DNA from: an uncultured virus (IMG/VR IMGVR_UViG_3300046336_000146)
Taxonomy: Duplodnaviria; Heunggongvirae; Uroviricota; Caudoviricetes
DNA length: 64,000 bases
IMG/VR virus record: IMGVR_UViG_3300046336_000146
Direction: 5' to 3' (one strand)
Both the position numbers and the translations under genes were made by a program. The notes under the pieces are model-generated. The model saw only the letters and a program-made list of their open reading frames with translations, was not told the origin of the DNA and did no database searches. Position 1 is the first letter of the stretch. Every line of letters begins with the position of its first letter. Below, one piece after another: positions 9,647 through 18,700 of this stretch.

Positions 9647-10918
9647 ATGAAGGAATTCGAAATTGAAAAAGCTTTAGAGTATTACTACGAAGCACAAAAT
9701 ATAACAGAAGCGTGTAAAAAACATTGTTTTGAATTAGATATAGAATACTCTGAAAAATACAGAAACAGATTAAGCAGGCTCTTAAACAAAGGAAAGTCTG
9801 AAAATGATTCTGTGGATAATGACTTAGAGAATGAGACGTTTACAAAAAGCAATGATTATCCTAACAGTAAAGACAAACCTCAAAAAGGATTTACAGCCAT
9901 TGCAGAAGATGGCTCTTTAATGAACATTAATCAATATTGTGAACACTATGGTCTAGATGTAAATAAAATTAGGAGCTACAAACTAATAAGCCATAGTGGA
10001 GTTCCTTTTTATAACGCCGTATTCTATGAAGAAGTTATAGAGCCTGCTGTAACAGAACAAGAATTGAAAAAACTTATTTTAGAAGGTTTTGAAGGAGTTA
10101 AATACAGTCCTATATACAAAGAGTCTAAAAATAAAATTGGAGTTGTTAAAATAGCAGATTTACACTTAGGCGCATATGTTGACAACCTGATTAGAACTAA
10201 GAATTTTTCAATAGATATCTTAGCCAATAAACTAGCAGAAGCTGTGCTTGATATTAATGAAAGAAACTATTCTTGTGTTCATGTGCATATCTTGGGGGAT
10301 TTAATAGAAAGTTTCACAGGACTATCACATAAAAACACCTGGAAAGGGCTTGATAAAGCAATGGTTGGGGCAGAGGCGGTAAAACTAGTGGTTAAAATTT
10401 TGCATGATAATTTCTTATCAAAAATTATAAATTTAGCTGAAGTTAAGGTTGTAAGTGGCAATCATGACCGAACGACCTCGGATAACAAAGAGGATGTTCA
10501 AGGAGGGGCTGCAAATCTAGTGTGTTGGGGGTTAGAATTATTAGGATACAATGTAGAGTTTAATCCTTTAGTTATTACTCATACGATTGGTAAAATCACA
10601 CACATTCTTACTCACGGTCATCACGCCTTAAGTAAAAAGTCTACTAAACAATTGTGTTGGGATTATGGTGTCCAAGGAAATTACAATTTAATTTGTGAAG
10701 GTCACTTGCACAGCATTATTCAAAAACTCAACATCAACCAAAGAGATACATACCAAACAATCAAGGATGATGCGGTAGATCATAGGAGAATGAACTGCCC
10801 TAGCTTTTTTACTGGTAATTTTTTCAGTGAATCTCTAGGATATACTTCTGAAAGCGGTTTTGTTATTACAGAGGATAATGGAAGAGGGATTCCTAATGTG
10901 TTTTACTATGCCGTTTAA
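9647..10918 (+). CDS. calcineurin-like metallophosphoesterase
   Basis: ADLHLG, LGDLIE, GNHDR, THGH, GHLH motifs. Confidence 0.9.
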   Translation: MKEFEIEKALEYYYEAQNITEACKKHCFELDIEYSEKYRNRLSRLLNKGKSENDSVDNDLENETFTKSNDYPNSKDKPQKGFTAIAEDGSLMNINQYCEHYGLDVNKIRSYKLISHSGVPFYNAVFYEEVIEPAVTEQELKKLILEGFEGVKYSPIYKESKNKIGVVKIADLHLGAYVDNLIRTKNFSIDILANKLAEAVLDINERNYSCVHVHILGDLIESFTGLSHKNTWKGLDKAMVGAEAVKLVVKILHDNFLSKIINLAEVKVVSGNHDRTTSDNKEDVQGGAANLVCWGLELLGYNVEFNPLVITHTIGKITHILTHGHHALSKKSTKQLCWDYGVQGNYNLICEGHLHSIIQKLNINQRDTYQTIKDDAVDHRRMNCPSFFTGNFFSESLGYTSESGFVITEDNGRGIPNVFYYAV

Positions 10919-10937
10919 TTACAAATAATATAAATAA

Positions 10938-10969
10938 TTTGCATAGTTATTTTATCTTTTATACCTTTG
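10938..10969 (+). promoter_or_regulatory. Bacteroidetes sigma-type promoter for the Endo VII-like gene
   Basis: TTTG 10938-10941, 20-nt spacer, TACCTTTG 10962-10969. Confidence 0.75.
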
Positions 10970-10979
10970 TATCTTAAAT

Positions 10980-11046
10980 CCGCCAAGATATAAAATTTAA
11001 TTAATACCCTCTTCACTTGTAGGCTTGGCGGTCTTGTGGAGGGGGT
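10980..11046 (+). promoter_or_regulatory. structured 5' leader (hairpin plus possible pseudoknot)
   Basis: 11-bp stem 11006-11016/11036-11046; loop CTTGGCGG is complementary to CCGCCAAG at 10980-10987. Confidence 0.55.
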
Positions 11047-11063
11047 TTAATATTTTATAAATT

Positions 11064-11630
11064 ATGTGTCAAACAAAATTTTGTAGAGCTTGTGAAAAAT
11101 CAAAAAGTATTTTAGAGTTTCATAAAAAGCAAGGATATCCAGACAAAAGGTATCCAAGATGTAAAGAATGTGTCAAAAACAAAACATATCTGCCTGAAAA
11201 AACCTTTATTGTAGATAATAAAAAGAAATGTTCAAAATGTGGAGATGTAAAAGATATTTCTTGTTTTTCCAAAAGAGTTAACAGAAAATCGGGCATACAA
11301 TCTATGTGCAAAATTTGTAAAAATTCTTTTCCTAAAAATAGATGTCCTAAAAAAAGGAGAAATTCTGAACTATTAAAGTCTTATGGAATATCAACTAATG
11401 ATTTTGAAAAATTATTATCTTCTCAAAATAATTGTTGTGGTATATGCGGTATAAATCAAGACGATTTGAAAAATAGTAAGAAGAAGTATTTATGTGTAGA
11501 CCATTCTCATACTACAGGAAAGATTAGGGGGTTATTATGTGACAAATGTAATAGAGGAATAGGTTTATTAGGGGATAGTTTTAACAATCTATTAAAAGCT
11601 GCTGACTATTTACAGCTACATTTAGAATAA
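11064..11630 (+). CDS. endonuclease VII-family (His-Me finger) nuclease, probable homing endonuclease
   Basis: two N-terminal CxxC zinc repeats and YGI...QNNCCGIC...LCVDHSH.TGKIRGLLCDKCNRGIG. Confidence 0.9.
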   Translation: MCQTKFCRACEKSKSILEFHKKQGYPDKRYPRCKECVKNKTYLPEKTFIVDNKKKCSKCGDVKDISCFSKRVNRKSGIQSMCKICKNSFPKNRCPKKRRNSELLKSYGISTNDFEKLLSSQNNCCGICGINQDDLKNSKKKYLCVDHSHTTGKIRGLLCDKCNRGIGLLGDSFNNLLKAADYLQLHLE

Positions 11631-11647
11631 TAAACAAAATTATGTAT

Positions 11648-11673
11648 AAGCTCTACTTAAGTAGGGCTTTTTT
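11648..11673 (+). terminator. intrinsic terminator
   Basis: AAGCTCTAC-TTAA-GTAGGGCTT followed by a T run. Confidence 0.75.
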
Positions 11674-11691
11674 ATTTTATAGTCTTTTTTC

Positions 11692-11722
11692 TTGCACAAT
11701 TAAAATTAATGTTGTAGATTTG
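11692..11722 (+). promoter_or_regulatory. Bacteroidetes sigma-type promoter
   Basis: TTG 11692-11694, 20-nt spacer, TAGATTTG 11715-11722. Confidence 0.7.
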
Positions 11723-11741
11723 TCAAATAAAAATTAGAAAT

Positions 11742-12032
11742 ATGAAAAACGTTGTAGGTGTTACTTTACCGATTTATTTATTGTGTAGAGAACTAGAAAG
11801 ATTGGAGGATAGTGAGCAGTTAGAATTCTCTATTTTTTATTCTTTTGCGGAAATTTTAACAAGTCCTCACTACACTCCTGGATTTGATTTTAAAGATATG
11901 TATTATGAAATTCAATACGATTATTTTGACCATTTAAAACTTTTAATATTTCCTTTTAATAACAGTGGAGGTACTGTACTAAAAGATGAAGAAATTTTAA
12001 AACTAGTTAAAGAGTTAAAAACTATAAAATAA
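11742..12032 (+). CDS. hypothetical protein
   Basis: 96-aa ORF after a promoter. Confidence 0.65.
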   Translation: MKNVVGVTLPIYLLCRELERLEDSEQLEFSIFYSFAEILTSPHYTPGFDFKDMYYEIQYDYFDHLKLLIFPFNNSGGTVLKDEEILKLVKELKTIK

Positions 12033-12037
12033 GAATT

Positions 12038-12187
12038 ATGAAAACTAAAAACGGATTTATTGTAAATGGTATATTTTATGAAGATGGGAGTCCTGAGCAA
12101 GAGGCACTACTTAAATCACCTATAACAAAAGAGGAGGAGGGGACTTTATTAGGATATTTTAAAGAAATATGTCAAAAGGGAATTTAA
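12038..12187 (+). CDS. small hypothetical protein, not in ORF track
   Basis: ATG12038-TAA12187, MKTKNGFIVNGIFYEDG...QKGI (49 aa). Confidence 0.5.
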   Translation: MKTKNGFIVNGIFYEDGSPEQEALLKSPITKEEEGTLLGYFKEICQKGI

Positions 12188-12246
12188 ATAATAAAATTAT
12201 AAAGTAGAAATTGCGGAGAATTTAAAAGAGATTAAAAGTAGCATTT

Positions 12247-12684
12247 TTATTTAAAAACATTAATAATTCTATTGAATACTGTTGGGGTTTCTTTACTTAA
12301 TAGTATTTTTTCTTCGCTGATTTTGTTAATAATAATTGCCATTTTATCACAGATAAAAGAGTCTTTATTAATATAGTGGTAAGCTCCTTGTTTTATAGCA
12401 TTTAATGCAATTTTAGTGTCTTCGCGACTTGAAACTATAACTACGTAAATATTAGGATCATACTGTTTTATTCTATTTAATATTTCAAATCCTGTTACAC
12501 TATTCATATAATAATCTAAGAAGATAATGTCGGGATTTTGATTAAGACTATTTAAACAGTCTTTACCATTATTAAAACAAGTAATATCAGTACAGTTTAA
12601 GTTGATTAAACACTGGTTAGACATAGTAGAGCAAAAAATATCGTCGTCTACAATAAAGAATTTTAACTCAGTTAAATTTTCCAT
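12247..12684 (-). CDS. stand-alone response regulator receiver (CheY-like REC) protein
   Basis: FIVDDD acidic pocket, PDIIFLDYYM phosphoacceptor Asp, VIVSS, GAYHYINK. Confidence 0.9.
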   Translation of the reverse strand: MENLTELKFFIVDDDIFCSTMSNQCLINLNCTDITCFNNGKDCLNSLNQNPDIIFLDYYMNSVTGFEILNRIKQYDPNIYVVIVSSREDTKIALNAIKQGAYHYINKDSFICDKMAIIINKISEEKILLSKETPTVFNRIINVFK

Positions 12685-12831
12685 GGTATAAATTTTATAT
12701 CGCTTATGTAAAATTCAAGCCAAAATTCGTAAACCTTTATAAACAAAGGAGATATGTAATTTTTACCTCTTTTATTTTTCCAAAAACGGAAATTTTTTCC
12801 AAATATTAAAAAATAAATTAAAACAATAATA

Positions 12832-13239
12832 ATGATAAAAGCAGAAGAATTAAGATTAGGTAACTACGTTATGTATAACGATATGGTTATGAGAGTGTCT
12901 GAAATACTTTCTCCTAAGCCTAGAAAAGATGAAAGGTATAACAACAAATATGTTATAGAATTATTTGACGGTTCAGGACTTATTGATGCTACTTTAGATG
13001 AAATATCAGGTATTTCTTTAGATGAAGATTGGTTTAATAAGTTCAGTTTTGAATTTTTTAGCGGCGGAATTGGATGGGATTTTTACAAAAAAGAAGACCT
13101 TAAACTAGCACTAGCCCCATTAAAAAATGGTAATAAAGTACCTTGCCTCTATTTTGAAAATAGGAATGTTTTAATTAGTACAGTACACCGATTACAAAAT
13201 CTATACTTTACACTAAATAATAAAGACTTGAAATTATAA
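12832..13239 (+). CDS. conserved Bacteroidetes-phage protein
   Basis: ELRLGNYV...VHRLQNLYF.L pattern. Confidence 0.7.
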   Translation: MIKAEELRLGNYVMYNDMVMRVSEILSPKPRKDERYNNKYVIELFDGSGLIDATLDEISGISLDEDWFNKFSFEFFSGGIGWDFYKKEDLKLALAPLKNGNKVPCLYFENRNVLISTVHRLQNLYFTLNNKDLKL

Positions 13240-13241
13240 CT

Positions 13242-13847
13242 ATGATAGACAATTTAAATACAATTAAACCTCTACTAAACTTTGAAAAACAAGGTGACTT
13301 TTATATGCTGTATGTATTTAAAAGAAAAAAAGATCAGCCTGAAAGTGAGAGAGATAATCATCAGTCAGTTAGAACAATTAAAACTTACTGTATTGAGAGT
13401 ATTGAACATTTAGAAAAAAGATATGAAGAAATTAAACAGCTCTGTGAAATCTTTAAAGCACGGGCCTATATTCATGTTCAAAAACAAAATCATTTTGATG
13501 TATCTTTAAATATGATGGCTACATTGGCCCAACGTATACAAAACGGGAACACAAATCAAAAAGGGTTGTTTGATTCTGTAGTTGGTCAAATTAAAACTCA
13601 AGAGAAAAGATGGGTTGTAGATATTGATACTAAAGATGAAAAATTTTTACTAAAGGTTTCTTTATTTATAGATGATATCAGGCCAGAAGGTGATAAGATA
13701 GAAGCCATCATATCTACTAAAAACGGATGGCATTTAATCACAAAGAGGTTTGACACTAAAGCATTTGGAGATAAGTTTCCTGAAATTGATGTGCAACGAA
13801 AAAATCCAACATTATTATATTATCCTAAAAGTTTAGAATTATGCTAG
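13242..13847 (+). CDS. conserved phage protein with AEP-like motifs
   Basis: WVVDID and STKNGWHLI resemble primase-polymerase motifs I/II. Confidence 0.6.
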   Translation: MIDNLNTIKPLLNFEKQGDFYMLYVFKRKKDQPESERDNHQSVRTIKTYCIESIEHLEKRYEEIKQLCEIFKARAYIHVQKQNHFDVSLNMMATLAQRIQNGNTNQKGLFDSVVGQIKTQEKRWVVDIDTKDEKFLLKVSLFIDDIRPEGDKIEAIISTKNGWHLITKRFDTKAFGDKFPEIDVQRKNPTLLYYPKSLELC

Positions 13848-14200
13848 AACTAAAAGACAATTTAAATTGGTACGATTTTCAGGCTTCTTTTTTACCTGAA
13901 GAGTGGTACAGACGTAGAGAAGGAGAAAGTGTCTCAAAATGGTTAGAAAGGGTATCTATTAAAGAATCTCGTTGGAAAAATGAAGCTAAAGAGAGGGAAA
14001 GAAATGAATTCTATAGTAAAACTTCTCATAAGATTACTTTAGCTATTATTTCTTTTCTTCGCCAAAATAATATAAAGAAAGAAGAACTTGAAGATTTAGT
14101 TGGGTTTGAGTTAATTTTAAATGGACAGTACGATTGGAGATTAAGTGAGCTTAAAAAAATAGAAAAGATAACTGGATTATGCTTTCTGAAAAATATTTAG
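13841..14200 (+). CDS. degenerate XRE/HigA-like HTH protein
   Basis: SHKITLAIISFLRQNNIKKEELEDLVG...ILNGQYDWRLSELKKIEKITG. Confidence 0.5.
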   Translation: MLELKDNLNWYDFQASFLPEEWYRRREGESVSKWLERVSIKESRWKNEAKERERNEFYSKTSHKITLAIISFLRQNNIKKEELEDLVGFELILNGQYDWRLSELKKIEKITGLCFLKNI

Positions 14201-14388
14201 AAATTAAAGAACAACTCCTCTTAGACATGTCTGTAGAGGAGTTTAGCAGTTGGAAATACTTGGACTGTTTTGGTAATATGTCTTCAGAAGTACAATTTTC
14301 TGATGATTTAAGAAGGGAACTTGAAAAAGTAGAGAGATATGATTTACTAATAAATTTAAGAGATGATAAAAGAGAAAAGACCCTTTGA
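14179..14388 (+). CDS. hypothetical protein
   Basis: 69-aa ORF overlapping the previous gene. Confidence 0.5.
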   Translation: MLSEKYLEIKEQLLLDMSVEEFSSWKYLDCFGNMSSEVQFSDDLRRELEKVERYDLLINLRDDKREKTL

Positions 14389-14488
14389 CACCTATGAACA
14401 AGCTTTTGAAGAGATTGAAAGAATTGTAAACACAAAATATAACCCTTGTAAAAAGGAAAATATTATTTAACTTCTAAACCAAAAATTT

Positions 14489-14743
14489 ATGACTTACAGT
14501 AAGGACCAATGGAAAACATTGGCTAAAAGATTTAACGAGAAAGGAACACTAGGTAAACTTCTATTGATAAAACAACACCCCAAGATATTTAAACTCGAAC
14601 ATGATTCAGGTTGGTTCATGTTAAGATTGTGGGATGAACAAGCTATGCAAGAAGAGATGGATATGCTTTTTAACTTCCCCAATGAACTTTCTTCAAGTGA
14701 TATAGTAGATATATTCTATTTGACAGACATACAATTATACTAA
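14489..14743 (+). CDS. hypothetical protein (last gene of the + arm)
   Basis: 84-aa ORF followed by a terminator. Confidence 0.65.
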   Translation: MTYSKDQWKTLAKRFNEKGTLGKLLLIKQHPKIFKLEHDSGWFMLRLWDEQAMQEEMDMLFNFPNELSSSDIVDIFYLTDIQLY

Positions 14744-14781
14744 AAAAATAACCCCCGTTCCTTAATTGGTTGGGGGTTTTT
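14742..14781. terminator. bidirectional terminator at the convergence of the two arms
   Basis: A run, AACCCCC...GGGGGTT stem, T run. Confidence 0.75.
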
Positions 14782-14923
14782 GTTGTTTTAAAGCTGCATC
14801 GTATCCCGCTATAAAATCTTTCTTTGACTGATACACATCTGGGGCGTACATTTCTTCTTTTACAGCTTCCTGATATATTTTGTTGCAGTACTCTTCTGCT
14901 AATTGTTGTTTAGATTTTTTCAT
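14762..14923 (-). CDS. small hypothetical protein, not in ORF track
   Basis: MKKSKQQLAEEYCNK...KKDFIAGYDAALK (53 aa); ATGA overlap with 14920..15108. Confidence 0.55.
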   Translation of the reverse strand: MKKSKQQLAEEYCNKIYQEAVKEEMYAPDVYQSKKDFIAGYDAALKQQKPPTN

Positions 14924-15108
14924 ATTATTTTTTTGTTTAAGTTGCTTAGATTTATTTCATCTAACTCTGTTGTCGTAAATTTTTCTTTTGTTTCAGTACA
15001 TTCATAGAAATGACTAATGTACTGTATTTCTTTACCGTTTATTGTGATTGTTATATACTCTGTCTTTTTTATCATTTCATAACCTGTTATTGGTGATTTC
15101 ATATTCAT
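14920..15108 (-). CDS. MqsA/YgiT-type antitoxin N-terminal-like small protein
   Basis: MKSPITGYEM...ITINGKEI....FYECTETKEKFTTTELDEINL resembles the N-termini of Bacteroidetes MqsA-family antitoxins. Confidence 0.6.
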   Translation of the reverse strand: MNMKSPITGYEMIKKTEYITITINGKEIQYISHFYECTETKEKFTTTELDEINLSNLNKKII

Positions 15109-15337
15109 TATTATATCTTTCTATTTCGTTTTCTAAATTTTCTGAAATTACTTTATAATCTTCTTTTTCCGCCCACCAAAACCTAATAAACTGAACTGAC
15201 GAATTATATAAATCCCAATCTGTTCCGTTGAACAGTTCGTTACTCTCTTCCTTTAGATTCCCTAATCCGTCAAAGTCGACTAAGGTTTTATAGTAACCTT
15301 CTCTTAAAGGGTTACTTATGTTATTATTTATCCACAT
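15077..15337 (-). CDS. hypothetical protein
   Basis: 86-aa ORF. Confidence 0.6.
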   Translation of the reverse strand: MWINNNISNPLREGYYKTLVDFDGLGNLKEESNELFNGTDWDLYNSSVQFIRFWWAEKEDYKVISENLENEIERYNNEYEITNNRL

Positions 15338-15442
15338 ATGTTTTTATTTACTTGACCGTTTTTTAACCATTTACCATAATAGTATTTATAAGTCATTATC
15401 TTATCTTCTTTTGTTTCAGTTTTTATTGCGGGAATTTTATTT

Positions 15443-15646
15443 TTAGAAGTCATACTCTTTTTCTTCTTGTTCAATTTTTTGTATTTCCTTTAATTCAATC
15501 AGTATGTCAAAAGCGGGCCTTTCGGAATCTTGATATGCTATACAAAATATATCTTCTCCTGTATCGTAAAAATCTGATTTTTTGTAATTAAAAGACTGTA
15601 TTAGTTTTTTGGCGGCCCTTTTTGCCTGATTATAAGTATGTCGCAT
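15443..15646 (-). CDS. hypothetical protein
   Basis: 67-aa ORF directly downstream of a promoter. Confidence 0.65.
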   Translation of the reverse strand: MRHTYNQAKRAAKKLIQSFNYKKSDFYDTGEDIFCIAYQDSERPAFDILIELKEIQKIEQEEKEYDF

Positions 15647-15668
15647 AGCTCAATTGTTAATTATTTTA

Positions 15669-15700
15669 CAAATATAAGGAATTTTTAAACATACTCCAAA
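15669..15700 (-). promoter_or_regulatory. Bacteroidetes sigma-type promoter
   Basis: on - strand TTTG (15700-15697), 20-nt spacer, TATATTTG (15676-15669). Confidence 0.75.
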
Positions 15701-15726
15701 AAAAGAGGAACTTTTTAGTTCCTCTT
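15698..15726 (-). terminator. intrinsic terminator ending the virion arm
   Basis: AAGAGGAACT/AGTTCCTCTT stem followed by a T run on the - strand. Confidence 0.75.
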
Positions 15727-15733
15727 ATGGTAT

Positions 15734-18700
15734 TTATTTTTTTGATTCCGTATCGAACATCAGTGATGCAAAGTTGAAGTTATCTATATAATGCTTATTA
15801 AAGAATTCGAAACTGGTCCTAGTTCTATCTATATTGACAATTTTAAAATACTCTTTTAACCCTGGCAGAGATTTATATAACCATGCCTGTCTTTCACTGT
15901 ACCCTCTGTATGTACCTCTTGTAATTATTTCTCCACTTGATAAATCTCCTATATCTAAAATGTTTTGTATTTGACTTAGTCCTGTAGTAGGAGATTCCAA
16001 GAAACTAAAAGCTTGTCCAGGAAGCCCTGTTGATTGGGATGTTGTTTCCACTGCTAGTCTGTACGTCATGTAAGCTAAGAACTCTTTTGTGTAGTCATCG
16101 TCATCATCATCTGCCAAACCTTTAAATAATAATGCAATAGTGGCTAGAGAAGTAGTTATTAATATATCAGCTAAAGTCCTTTTTAAAGAAGTTTGTCTCA
16201 TGTTTGTCATTTGTATTTTTAACTCAGCATAAGAAAGGTCTGCGTATTTTTTATCTGTGGTCTTTATTACTTGTTGTTGATTAGCTGGTTTATTTGTATC
16301 TAAAATATAGTATGTATCAACTCCTCCTTCGTTCTTTGTTACCATTTTATATCCTCCGTCGAACTCTTTATATTGCTCTCTCCATATTTTTTTTAAATCT
16401 CCTTTTAAACCTCCTCTTATAAAAGCTCCTAAGAAATTACTTGCTCCTTTATAAGAACCTTCTTCAAATTGATTGGCGTACAAACTTAAGTGCCTGTCTT
16501 TAAATCTTCGTGTGATAGAAGTAATTAAGAACCCTTTATGCAATGCTACAAAACTATAGATAGCGTGGCGCTGTATGTTTGATTTATCCTCTGAGGAAAC
16601 TTGGTTATCAATCTCTTGTTTTACAGTTTGTATTTTTCTTTTTACAAAATTTAGTCTGTCGTTTGCGTAATCCTCTTTCCCGCTAAATGTTTTATAATAT
16701 TCGTCAGACATTTTTGTACCAATAATCTCTCCTTCAGTATCTTTTTCTTGCTCTATGAAATTATACAAATAATTTTCGTTTGTCTTCCAAATATTTTTTG
16801 CCTCGCTTTCAGTTAAAGGGGCTTCGTTTTTAGCCATTTTTATAGCTCTGTTTTCATTTCTCCACTCTGAGTAAGACTGTAATTTCTTTTCTATTACATT
16901 CCCTTTATCATCAGTTACATCTACTACTTTAAAGTCGTGCAATACTGTAAGTAAAGTTTGGGCCGTTAATGGTACATCTCCCATATAATGTGTAAAGAAG
17001 GCGGATTTTGAAATAGCAAGCCCTCTTAGAGCTCTTCCATAGTTTGAATTTTTATATCTTTCGGCGGGGCTTTCTAGTCCAAAAAACTGTAAGAGTGTGT
17101 TTAGCTCTCCTTTGGCCTTTAATGTAGATAGAAATTGTTCTCCAACTGCGTCTTTTACAAGCTTACCTGCTTTTTTAGAAGCTATTTTTGAAGCCTCTTT
17201 GTTTATACGGTCCCCTACAATATTTTCAGAAATAAAGTTGGCACTACCTTGTAAGAATGAAGTAAGAGGCGTTAAAACACTAAACCCTAAATTTACAAGT
17301 CTTACCCAACCTTGGAAATTTTTTATGGTAGGAACAACGTTTACTTTTTCATTAAGCACTCCAAAAAAATTTGTTGATGCTGTTAAAGTCTCTGTTTGTC
17401 CATAAATGTTATACCTAATGAAGTCGTCCGCCATTTTATATGTAGTAGTGGCTTCTCCTTGTTTGTCGCCAAAAGATTCTGCTCTTAACTTTGTTTTAAT
17501 AGCTTCTACTTTACCTAAAGCCTGTACTCTTTGTTTGCGTTTTTCGGCTTCACTTGCTGTTAACATTAGACTATATAATAGTTCATCTGTCACCTCTTCG
17601 GCAGAGTCCAATTTAGAAAATCCAATTTTAGGGACCACTAAAGAGCCTTTTAAAACAGTCTGTAAATTTATATTGTCTATGGACTGTCCATAAATTGCTT
17701 CGTCTTCACGTACTGTAGTAATATCTTTTATTTGTTCTTTTAAATTTTTTATAGAGAAGTTTTTTATCAATTGGTGCTTTCTTGCCATATCTCCTCTTCT
17801 TATCCCTGGCAGTTGATATTTATTAAACTGTTTTGTCATGTTGGCCGATTCAATTGAATCTTCCCAAAATTTCATAGTTAAGTCTAACAGCTCTTTTTCT
17901 TTAGCATTTCTCCCTCCCCCAAATCTTTCTTCAAACTTTTTGTTTTTAAATATTTGTTTTCCAGATGCAACTCTGTAATCCAAGTTTATCATTGGTTTTT
18001 TTGCATCAAACAGCTTTACATATTCAGGATTAAGTCTTTCATTATCCTGCACATCAATTAAAGCGTATGATGGAGTAATAGATAAGTATTTAGAGTTCTC
18101 TATAATTTGAGTAAATTCCGCCTCTGTTCTTGCTTCTGTTAAGTCTCCTACAACTTCTTGAATATTTAATCCTTCAGGTTTTAACTCTTTAAAGTAAGGG
18201 AGCATATAGCTTTCAGCATATTCAATAATATCTTCATATATTTCTATACTACCATTGGAAAAATCTAAACCTTGACTCCTATTATGAAACTTTTCTACCG
18301 ATTTTCTTAGACCTTTTACATGGCCTTTTTTATATTCTATCAATTGTTCTGCCCCTTTAAGTATACGAGACATATTTTGAGAAGTCACATGTCTTAAAAT
18401 AAAATCTAGCCTCTCTTTGTAAACTTCTTCAGAATCTATTTGAGAAATACCTCTATCTTCTATTTGAGCTTTATATGCATCGTTAACCACAGCCTCTGAA
18501 AAAGAGATTTTCTCTTCCTCTGCTTCTTTTTTATAATGTGTTTTTGCTTTTTCGTATAAGACTTCTAGAACCTCTGAGATTTGTTTTACTGTATCTAACT
18601 CACCTCTCCCCATATCTTCATAATCTATCTGGGATGGGTTATTGTAAAATCTAAACTCTTTTAATATGTTTTTTAATTGGTTTCTTTTGGCCTCTATTTC

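Noticed and set aside
12721..12747. Promoter for the REC gene (GAATTTTG on the - strand)
   Set aside because: Mismatch at the conserved T and wrong spacing to the nearest TTTG.
613..14682. Short - strand ORFs inside the + arm (613, 6580, 8306, 8495, 10024, 10279, 11120, 14151, 14494)
   Set aside because: Overlap better-supported + strand genes; only the REC gene at 12247..12684 is credible.
16095..16115. DDDDDD in the 1881-aa protein as an RNA polymerase DxDxD motif
   Set aside because: A simple acidic run after a hydrophobic helix, lacking RNAP context.
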